Assembly: GCA_964388035.1 (NCBI GenBank)
Contig: CAYLZE010000026.1
Location: forward strand, 33,223 to 50,938
DNA from: an uncultured archaeon
GTDB lineage: Archaea; Asgardarchaeota; Lokiarchaeia; Sigyniarchaeales; SOKP01
Reading direction: 5' to 3'
DNA: 17,716 nucleotides
The position numbers and the translations under genes are program-made. The notes under the pieces were generated by a model. It saw only the letters and a list, made by a program, of their open reading frames with translations. It was not told the origin of the DNA and searched no databases. Numbering within the stretch: the stretch's first letter is position 1; each line of letters opens with the position of its first letter. Below, one piece after another: positions 1 to 7,589 of the stretch.

Positions 1-379
1 CCAATTTTTTCCTTTCAGACCCGGTAGCGATACAAATTGTTTTAGCTTTAAAGTTTTGAAAAAAAGTTTTCAAAATAAAATAGTCTTCCTTCTTTTCGAT
101 AGATTGAATTTCATCCGATATAAATGGAATATTTAATGATTCCATGTGTTGTCTAAACATCTCCATGAGACCCTGTCCACTAATCGAAGTAACTCCTGGA
201 TAATTTTCAACAATATGAGTTGTAGTGATTAATCCCCCGAAAACTTTCCCAATAATCAATATTTTCATTGCAAATCTTGCGGCATATATCCCACATCCAA
301 TTGCAGTAGGCCCACCCCCAAGAATGATGAGGTCATATACTTTTTCGGGATCAAATTCAAGAGAATCAATATTGAACAC
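1..379 (-). CDS. trxB: Thioredoxin-disulfide reductase (FAD/NAD(P)H), N-terminal part; runs off the window's left edge
   Basis: Not in the ORF track; translated by hand from GTG at 379 as MFNIDSLEFDPEKVYDLIILGGGPTAIGCGIYAARFAMKILIIGKVFGGLITTTHIVENYPG...TICIATGSERKKL. It has the FAD-binding GGGP motif, the GG-x7-ENYPG motif and the ATG motif of TrxB. GGAGG lies just upstream and the start overlaps the end of the PDO gene by 14 nt. Confidence 0.92.
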   Translation of the reverse strand, partial: MFNIDSLEFDPEKVYDLIILGGGPTAIGCGIYAARFAMKILIIGKVFGGLITTTHIVENYPGVTSISGQGLMEMFRQHMESLNIPFISDEIQSIEKKEDYFILKTFFQNFKAKTICIATGSERKKL

Positions 380-1049
380 GGATATTTCCTCCTAATAATG
401 CTCTTAAAATCTCGTTAGGGCCCACCATTCCCGTGAGAGGACTCTGATCGTTTATTAGCGTATAAGGCACTCCCGCCGCGTCGTAATACTGTCCAATATC
501 AGGATTGGCCATAATATCTACAACAACCGTGCGAATTTTTCCACCCGAAGCGAGGGCAAACTGATTGCTTATATTACAAACTTGTGGGCAATAAGGACAT
601 TGCATGGTAATCATTACTTTTATTGTTGAAGAAGGAATGCGATCCAGTACCTGTTTGATGGCGGCTTCATAATAATTGGGTGCTCCAGCAAATGTAAATA
701 ATGCTTGTATAAAAGGTTGCGTTTCTTGTCCCCGTGGTGCTGCTAAATATCGGATTACTTCATTTCCTTGATTATCTATAAACAATATAGTTGGAACTCT
801 TTGTACGTCATAACGTTTAGCAAATTCTGGGTCATCATAAATGGAATGCTCCTCGATTGTTAATTTACCATTGGAATTATTTTCATAAATTCTTAAAAGA
901 TTCATGATTTCATTGCATTCTATGCATTCTCTTTCTTTTCTTCCATCAGAATTTGTTTTTAAAGATGTAAATACGAGTAATTTTACATTTTTCGTTAACT
1001 TCCCCATTTCCCTTCTGATTATTTCAATATATTTATCTTGGGTTGCCAT
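366..1049 (-). CDS. Protein disulfide oxidoreductase (PDO / AhpF N-terminal-like, two thioredoxin folds)
   Basis: CIEC in the N-terminal unit and CPYC in the C-terminal unit, cis-Pro motifs RVPT and GVPY, 227 aa, GGTG SD upstream, adjacent to trxB. Confidence 0.88.
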   Translation of the reverse strand: MATQDKYIEIIRREMGKLTKNVKLLVFTSLKTNSDGRKERECIECNEIMNLLRIYENNSNGKLTIEEHSIYDDPEFAKRYDVQRVPTILFIDNQGNEVIRYLAAPRGQETQPFIQALFTFAGAPNYYEAAIKQVLDRIPSSTIKVMITMQCPYCPQVCNISNQFALASGGKIRTVVVDIMANPDIGQYYDAAGVPYTLINDQSPLTGMVGPNEILRALLGGNIRVQY

Positions 1050-1369
1050 TTTGAAACACCATGTTATTATATTTTAAAAATTATTTTGCTCTTATTATTC
1101 ATTTAAATCGTTTTTTTATCATAAAAATAAATCTTCTATAAATTAGTATTCTACTAAGATGTATAACGAAAAAGAATCTATTATTTGTTTATATAATAAA
1201 CAATAACTGAGATCGTATTCAAACTGAAATCACATAATCATTACTCCTTTTTGGTTTAGAAATAATAATAAAGAAAAACTCAAATTCTGTTATTGATAAT
1301 GCAATTAATCAAATTAGATCTCTCTTTCGAATTAGTTTTTAAAAAGCTATTTTTCTTTAATGAAAAAAA

Positions 1370-2062
1370 TCAAGCATACATTCCTCCAAAATCCCGTTCC
1401 CCACGGGTTAATTTATCTAAAAGATCTTGGAGTGTAAACATTCCGTAAATATGGTCTTTTTCATTAATTATGGCATGAGGGACTCCGCTAATTTGGTATT
1501 TTTCAGCCATATCCGGGTTTGCATCAACATCAATTATCTCAGAGGTTACCTTCCCGTTCGACAAAGATGCAAATAAATTCACAATAGGCACCACATTCGG
1601 GCAATAGGGACAATTTTGGGTGATAAAAAGCTTAATCGAAGATTTGGGTACTTTTTTTAAATTAGTCTTAATTGTATCTTTATAAAAGGAAGATAAACCA
1701 GAAAAGTATTGGATACTTGTTATGAATGGTACTAATTCAGAGCCCGCAGGTTCAGCAATATATCTTATGGGTTTCTCATCTTTTTCATTTACAAAAATAA
1801 TCGTCGGAATTCTATTTACATTGTACTTTTCAGCAAGCTCTTTTTGTTCTTCAATAGAATACTCTTCAATTTTCAATTTTCCATCAGTATATTTTTCTAA
1901 AGTTGATAAGAGATTCAAAATTCTTTCACAAGCTAAACAATTTCGCCTTTTTGTCCCGTCATTTAGAGTTTTAAAGTCAGTAAAAAGCATTAATAGGACT
2001 TGGCTTTTTAATTTACTCATTTCATTCTTTATTAATGCATCGTTTTGCAAAATATATGACAT
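1370..2062 (-). CDS. Protein disulfide oxidoreductase (PDO), second paralog
   Basis: CLAC and CPYC motifs, RIPT and GVPH; colinear with the 366..1049 protein. ATG at 2062 (MSYILQ) is preferred to the track start at 2074. Confidence 0.88.
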   Translation of the reverse strand: MSYILQNDALIKNEMSKLKSQVLLMLFTDFKTLNDGTKRRNCLACERILNLLSTLEKYTDGKLKIEEYSIEEQKELAEKYNVNRIPTIIFVNEKDEKPIRYIAEPAGSELVPFITSIQYFSGLSSFYKDTIKTNLKKVPKSSIKLFITQNCPYCPNVVPIVNLFASLSNGKVTSEIIDVDANPDMAEKYQISGVPHAIINEKDHIYGMFTLQDLLDKLTRGERDFGGMYA

Positions 2063-2525
2063 AAATGTCCACAATTAATAGGTTATTTGATTGTTTAAAT
2101 TATTTCTTCACTAAAGATGCAAAAATAATATAATTTATGCTTAAAATTTGAACATTATTAAAGAAAAGGTTAATTTCTAGCATCAAACTATTTAAGCTAT
2201 TGAACTAAAAGTATATAAGTTTAGATAACTTGATCCCATTCTTTTTAATTAAAAAATTTAAGATATCTGCCAATTAATCATTTTTAATTACAAGAATTAA
2301 TTAGATTTAGAATTTAATTTAAGCCGTGATGTAATTGCCTTTAACAATAGAAAATAATAGAATAAAAAAGAATTTCTTTTAAAATCTAAAGAATTCACTA
2401 AAAAGGCACTCCTTCTTAGAATAGGGTAGATTAATGCATCTAAAAATCACTAAATCAATTAACTCATAAGATTTTATATTTTCTTTCAATTCTAAAAAGT
2501 TATAGTCCTTATAAGGCTCGGGAAA

Positions 2526-3494
2526 ATGCAATTAGTGGAACTTGCTTGGGATGAAACTAGTAATTTAATATTTGAATTTGAAAAAGACAAACAAGAAGAG
2601 AATGTGGTTATTCCGGAAACCACTGCTCGTGTAAATCTCAAATTTGAAATATCCCCGGCCTTTGATATGAAATCCTTCAATAAACCTCCGCCTCATTTGA
2701 TTTCCATAAAAGAGATCTTTTTCACTCAAAAAACCATGTGCTTCTTGATAAATTTAAATCAATTGAATTGCCCCAACGAATTACGCATAACTATCCTAGA
2801 AATGACAATTTTTTTTCTTAATGGTGATAAGATCATCATCACTTTCAATAATAGTTACAAATTTTCTGAATTAGAGTACAGAGATGCATTTTACAAAGAA
2901 GATTACGTTCAGAATTATGCTTCTCGTGAAAAAGTAAAAACTAAAATTACTCAAGAAAAAATATTTAAAAAGATTCAAACCGACTTTATAAAAAATACTC
3001 AAGAAACAACATACATGTATCAAAGAAATCAATTTGAAAATAGCGGGGAGAATGTTGAGTATTATGCCTTAATCCAGGAAAATAATGAAAGATTAAAAAG
3101 AGTCGAAGAAGAGCTAAAAAATATCTCGAACATGTTGAGACAAGGCCGATTTTCTGGAAATAATTATACAGTAACCAACTCTCTTTTAGAAGGTCCTCCT
3201 CAAAGAGGAATTGAACGAATCAAGAAAACTTCTAAGACCACGACAATAACCCAACAAAGCATTATATACCTTGGCGAATTGAAAACAGTATTAAAGAAAG
3301 GACAAAAAGACAATAAAGAATTTGATATTAGAGAAATATTAAAACCAATGAGCGAAGAAGATCTTAATAAAATAACCTTAAATGAGGAAGATTTATTGAA
3401 GAAACAAGAAGAAGCGATAAATAATGAGATCGAAAGACTGAAGAAACAAGAAAGTCAAGTGCTTCGCTTAGAAAATCTTAAAAAGCCAGAATAA
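2526..3494 (+). CDS. Hypothetical protein with coiled-coil segments and a charged C-terminal region
   Basis: 322-aa ORF in AT-rich DNA; heptad-like segments LIQENNERLKRVEEELKNISNML and LLKKQEEAINNEIERLKKQE; no family recognised. Confidence 0.7.
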   Translation: MQLVELAWDETSNLIFEFEKDKQEENVVIPETTARVNLKFEISPAFDMKSFNKPPPHLISIKEIFFTQKTMCFLINLNQLNCPNELRITILEMTIFFLNGDKIIITFNNSYKFSELEYRDAFYKEDYVQNYASREKVKTKITQEKIFKKIQTDFIKNTQETTYMYQRNQFENSGENVEYYALIQENNERLKRVEEELKNISNMLRQGRFSGNNYTVTNSLLEGPPQRGIERIKKTSKTTTITQQSIIYLGELKTVLKKGQKDNKEFDIREILKPMSEEDLNKITLNEEDLLKKQEEAINNEIERLKKQESQVLRLENLKKPE

Positions 3495-3511
3495 ACCTCT
3501 TAAAATTAATC

Positions 3512-4474
3512 TCATGAGAGAAGCTCGAATAAATCCTTTATTTCTGGCTTGATCTTAGCTCTTTTCCCAAATACATTAATGAACCAATAACAATCGGGGC
3601 AATAGTATGTGACAAAATCGCCTTTATATTCCTTAACTCTTATTTTTGCGATTTTTTCTGCAACTTCTTTTCTTAATTGATGACCTACCCCCCCTCCGCA
3701 ACACCACTTGGGAATGTCCATTATGGTATATCCCGATTCTTTCAAAATGTGTTCAACGTGATCTCCCACTCCTTTCTTTTGATCATAAACGAGGGGACAA
3801 GCATGCTGGATGCTGACGCTACCCTCTTTCTTTTCTCTTGATGGCTCGAGGTAATCGGTATAATATTTGATTTTAATTCCTAAATCACTGTATTCTTTTT
3901 TGAAAACCATGTAACAGCTTGGACATAAAGTTATAATTTTTTTGAAACCCTTGCTCTTGAAAAGCTGTTTGTTCCTTTTTACGAGTTTATTGTAAGTCTC
4001 TATTGCTCCAGTAACTAAAATTGGGTACCCACAACATATTTCTTCAGGCAGAATACAAAAATCAACTCCTCTTCTCAAGAGATAATTGATGGCGTTTTCA
4101 CCATATCGTGGCGTTTTAACACTAGTAAAACACCCGAAATATAATAAGGTTTCACTCTCTTCTGGAATGGATCCTGTATTCTTAATTCGAGATTTATTCT
4201 TGGGATAGGGAGTGCCATACAATTCAAAATTAGCGATTATTTCTTCTAATCCTTCTATCTTGTTCCCATCCATTAAAAATTTGTGCTTTAATAAGATTCG
4301 CTCGTCGGATGTACCACATTCGCGGCAATGAACACAATTATATAATTTATTGTAATCCTCTTGTTTGAATTTAAACTCTTCTTTCCTTTTAATTAAATCG
4401 AGAACCTCTTCATTTGAAAGAAAATTATCGGGATCCACTTCTTTGGTAGGATATTCATGTTCTTTTTTATTCAT
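3512..4474 (-). CDS. CCG-domain (HdrD/GlpC-like) Fe-S oxidoreductase, compact form
   Basis: YFGC...CCGYP...CPSC (first CCG domain), HAC...CCGGG...CPDC (second CCG domain) and an N-terminal CxxCxxC. Confidence 0.85.
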   Translation of the reverse strand: MNKKEHEYPTKEVDPDNFLSNEEVLDLIKRKEEFKFKQEDYNKLYNCVHCRECGTSDERILLKHKFLMDGNKIEGLEEIIANFELYGTPYPKNKSRIKNTGSIPEESETLLYFGCFTSVKTPRYGENAINYLLRRGVDFCILPEEICCGYPILVTGAIETYNKLVKRNKQLFKSKGFKKIITLCPSCYMVFKKEYSDLGIKIKYYTDYLEPSREKKEGSVSIQHACPLVYDQKKGVGDHVEHILKESGYTIMDIPKWCCGGGVGHQLRKEVAEKIAKIRVKEYKGDFVTYYCPDCYWFINVFGKRAKIKPEIKDLFELLS

Positions 4475-4537
4475 TGTTTAAAATTCGATTTATATATTAT
4501 TTAAAACGGTCATTTATGGAATATATTAAATCTAAAT

Positions 4538-4551
4538 TATTAGATCTAATA
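4538..4551. promoter_or_regulatory. Perfect 14-bp palindrome TATTAGATCTAATA, candidate operator upstream of the CCG gene
   Basis: Self-complementary sequence about 64 nt upstream of the 4474 start, preceded by the similar TATTAAATCTAAAT. Confidence 0.3.
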
Positions 4552-4634
4552 TCTTATAACCCCGAGCTATTAGGCAATGTTTCTTTCAATATAACATCAT
4601 TATAAATTAAAGAAAAATAAAGTAAAAAACTAAA

Positions 4635-4790
4635 TTATTCTTTTTTAAGTTTTACATTTGTTCGTTGAATTCCGACTTCTTTATTTCCAGGAATTGCTGC
4701 TCCACAATTATCTCTTTTTGCCTCATTTTTTTCAATTGTCTTCTCAAATTCTTTTTCTAACTCCTCATCCGACATTTCTTTTTTTGCCAT
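4635..4790 (-). CDS. Small hypothetical protein (51 aa), not in the ORF track
   Basis: ATG..TAA reading MAKKEMSDEELEKEFEKTIEKNEAKRDNCGAAIPGNKEVGIQRTNVKLKKE; protein-like composition, co-oriented between the FTR and CCG genes, AT-rich promoter-like region upstream. Confidence 0.65.
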   Translation of the reverse strand: MAKKEMSDEELEKEFEKTIEKNEAKRDNCGAAIPGNKEVGIQRTNVKLKKE

Positions 4791-4901
4791 GATATAAATA
4801 GGGAATTCGTTTTATTTAAAATTTATAGTTATTAATTATTGAAAGCATATTTAAAGATAAAATAAAAGAAGAATTAGACGAGCTAAATCATTTTTTAAAT
4901 A

Positions 4902-5273
4902 TTAAATATTTTCATTCATGTATTCTAATGTTGCTTTTTCTTTTTCTACTGATCTTCTCTCGGGAACATTTACAAATAATTTATCTCCTTTATAAAAATC
5001 AAGCGCCAAGAATAAATTGCAATAGCACGCGCCATGTTCTTTCACATCAAGTGGAGCATAATTACAGGGACAAATTATATCTCTATCCAGTTCTCTTTTA
5101 CCTGCAGCTAACCTACAAGGACAAGATTGATATCCATATCTCTTCTTATTTTCTACAAGACCATCAATAAGATCATTTAGAGATTGTTCATCTTTATTCA
5201 AGATCCAATTATTTTTCTTAGCAACTTGGTTGCAATATTTTCTCATTCCCTCTTCAGTTTCCATGTTCATCAC
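4902..5273 (-). CDS. ftrB: Ferredoxin:thioredoxin reductase catalytic subunit (FTR/FDR family)
   Basis: Signature YGYQSCPCR...DIICPC...GACYCNLF and a VPERR tail; GGAGG SD inside the end of the upstream grx gene. Confidence 0.93.
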   Translation of the reverse strand: MMNMETEEGMRKYCNQVAKKNNWILNKDEQSLNDLIDGLVENKKRYGYQSCPCRLAAGKRELDRDIICPCNYAPLDVKEHGACYCNLFLALDFYKGDKLFVNVPERRSVEKEKATLEYMNENI

Positions 5274-5276
5274 GAT

Positions 5277-5594
5277 TTATTCCTCCTTCGAAAATAGTTT
5301 TTCATATTTATCAGGATCATATCCCACAATCACTTCACTATCATCACACACCATGAAGGGATAAGAAATTCTTGATTGGTACTTTTCTTTTAAGAAATCT
5401 AAGATTTGACTTTTATTGGAATAATCTATGGTATCCACATCCACGTAGCGATACTTTATATTTCTTTCATCTAACCAGCGCTTGCATTTCTTGCACCACA
5501 TGCACGTACTCAAAGTAAAAATAGTTACTGCTCTCTTGTCATTTTCTCCCTTTACACTTACAGATAATTTATCAATTAATTCTTGTGTTGACAT
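5277..5594 (-). CDS. Glutaredoxin-like protein (methanoredoxin-like, CMWC)
   Basis: FTLSTCMWCKK active site, SYP cis-Pro, IVGY. Start probably at ATG 5594 (MSTQE) or 5606 rather than 5660, which overlaps the HEAT gene. 3 nt from ftrB. Confidence 0.9.
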   Translation of the reverse strand: MSTQELIDKLSVSVKGENDKRAVTIFTLSTCMWCKKCKRWLDERNIKYRYVDVDTIDYSNKSQILDFLKEKYQSRISYPFMVCDDSEVIVGYDPDKYEKLFSKEE

Positions 5595-5638
5595 GTTTAG
5601 TTCCATATTTATTTGTTTTAATTTAAAATCTTTAATTA

Positions 5639-6088
5639 TTAAGCGATGTGCTCTTTCCAATTTGGATCAATGCATTGAAGGGCCTTTTCAGTCATTTTTC
5701 TAATATCCGTACTACAAGAGTCCTGTATCACTCCCAACTCAGTTAATGCTTTTTTATCGCCGATTTTAAATAAACTCTCAATTACGATATATAGCGTAGT
5801 TGCGTTGGGGTCTTTCTTTGATAGTTCCTTTTTTAAAAATTCTATGATTGGAGCGGTAGCTTTATGGTCTTTAATTTTGCCTAAAGCTTCGATGATTCTA
5901 TTAATGACTCCCAAATCTTTCTCGGAGCGAAGGGATTCTATCAATATAGAAGTTGCTCGAGAATTTTTAAAATTGCCCAATTTTGTCGCAGCCAAAGCTC
6001 GTAGTTTCCAAGAATCTCCCTTAATCAGTTGTTCTATATACTCCGTATATACTTCTTCTTTTGTATTTTTCGTCTTAACTTGATCCAT
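5639..6088 (-). CDS. HEAT-repeat (PBS-lyase-type) protein
   Basis: Repeats WKLRALAATKLGNFK...ATSILIESL, VINRIIEALGKIKDHKATAPIIEFL and VIESLFKIGDKKALTEL. Confidence 0.88.
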   Translation of the reverse strand: MDQVKTKNTKEEVYTEYIEQLIKGDSWKLRALAATKLGNFKNSRATSILIESLRSEKDLGVINRIIEALGKIKDHKATAPIIEFLKKELSKKDPNATTLYIVIESLFKIGDKKALTELGVIQDSCSTDIRKMTEKALQCIDPNWKEHIA

Positions 6089-6478
6089 TTGAGTGTATTA
6101 AATTTTACACGCATTATAATCTATTGGTTATAAATTATTGAAATTTGTAATGCATGAAAATAGTTATATAATTTTTTCAATATTTAATTGTTTTTTTCAT
6201 AATTTCACATTTGTCCAGAATTAGTTAATTAAAACCTCATTAGAGCCAATTTCGAAATTAAATGTTTAATCTTTTCTCTTAAACTTTCCTTTACCTAACT
6301 TTAAGAATACCAATATACTTTAAGTAAGAGAAGTTTTTATTAAAAAAGCAATAAGATAAATTATAATTTTTCTAGGTTAATGATAAATATTGAGATAAAT
6401 AAGTTAATACTCATACTGAAGTAATATAAATTATTTTTTAAAATCTAAGAAAATAAATTTTTTTTAAAGATCTTCTTA

Positions 6479-6784
6479 ATGAGTATTATGACTGAAATGA
6501 ACCTTCCTATCATAATATCGAAGAAAGATTGTGATCGATGTACAATATTAAAAAAATGGCTAGCAGAAAATAAGGTGGAATACGTGGATAAAGATATTGA
6601 TGATGAAGAATTCGTACATCAATTATTACGTGATAAAAATTTTATTCTAACGTTTTGCGATGACGAGGGCTGTCTTGTGAATACTCCCGTTGTAATCTAC
6701 AAAGGAAAATATTGGTTTAAGGAATTATGGGGTATTTCAGGTTTAAGAGAAAAGGAAGCCAAGAAACTTTTTAATGTAAAATAA
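6479..6784 (+). CDS. Glutaredoxin/NrdH-like redoxin (CDRC)
   Basis: IIISKKDCDRCTILKKWL...VEYVDKDID...NTPVVIYKGK, a thioredoxin fold with cis-Pro. Confidence 0.82.
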   Translation: MSIMTEMNLPIIISKKDCDRCTILKKWLAENKVEYVDKDIDDEEFVHQLLRDKNFILTFCDDEGCLVNTPVVIYKGKYWFKELWGISGLREKEAKKLFNVK

Positions 6785-6841
6785 TTAATTTTCTTTATTT
6801 TTTTGTAATTTGTATTATTCAAATGAATAATCTCAAGTATT

Positions 6842-7435
6842 CTAGCTTTTTCTAAATTCTGCCATCCTTTTTATAACTTTTTTAATTGATTTTAACCCTT
6901 CTTCATCATTCTCAACACCAATCCTCCCCTTATCATTGCTCCATAGACTAGCACCTAAATTTGCTCCAAAGGCTCCTCCTGAAACGATGATCACGTGATT
7001 TTGTTGAAAAAAGTCTAAAATCGAACGAATCGCAATTTCTTGTCCACCACTCCGGTCTCCTCCAACTGCTAATGCCATCCCCACTTTATTTTTAAATACA
7101 TTTGGATTTTGAGCAACTAATGCCCTACACCGATCCATAATTGCTTTTAATTGTCCCGATAAGTTACCTTGAAATACAGGAGTTCCAAAAAGGAGAAAAT
7201 CTGCTTCTTTTAACATTTCATAAAGTTCTGAAAGATCATCTTTATGTATACATCCTTTTTTTTCTCGTATGCAATAATCACAATGGATACAAAATTTGAT
7301 CTCTTTATTTCTTACACTCCAAAATGTTGTTTCGAATTGATACTTTACTGCAGCATGATCAAGAGCATATTTAACCGCGTAATCAGTTCCCTGCACTCTA
7401 GGGCTGGCACAAATACCAAGTAATAGATTTTTCAT
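6842..7435 (-). CDS. isf: Iron-sulfur flavoprotein (Isf; flavodoxin-fold NADPH-dependent FMN reductase family)
   Basis: ASPR FMN loop, compact Cys motif CIHCDYC-x5-C followed by IHKDD, GTPVFQG, DRC, GGDRSGGQE. Confidence 0.88.
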   Translation of the reverse strand: MKNLLLGICASPRVQGTDYAVKYALDHAAVKYQFETTFWSVRNKEIKFCIHCDYCIREKKGCIHKDDLSELYEMLKEADFLLFGTPVFQGNLSGQLKAIMDRCRALVAQNPNVFKNKVGMALAVGGDRSGGQEIAIRSILDFFQQNHVIIVSGGAFGANLGASLWSNDKGRIGVENDEEGLKSIKKVIKRMAEFRKS

Positions 7436-7589
7436 TTTAAATCATTATAATTGAATTTATTATATAAAATTGCATTCATTTCGTGATAAAACCTTTCCCG
7501 TTTTTTAAAATTACTTTAAAATATATGAAAGAGGCGTTTTTAATTTTAACATAAAAAACTTAAATAATATGGATGAAGTTTAATATAAT

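Noticed and set aside
1185-1203. Inverted repeat TTGTTTAT-ATA-ATAAACAA between the PDO genes
   Set aside because: Only 8 bp, almost all A/T, single occurrence; plausible by chance in this background.
2434-2525. Possible disrupted N-terminal extension of the 2526 ORF (MHLKITKSINS*DFIFSFNS / KVIVLIRLGK)
   Set aside because: Needs both a stop readthrough and a frameshift; unsupported without homologs.
4516-4605. 29-codon plus-strand ORF MEYIKSKLLDLISYNPELLGNVSFNITSL
   Set aside because: Short, opposite to its neighbours, overlaps a likely promoter region, no motif.
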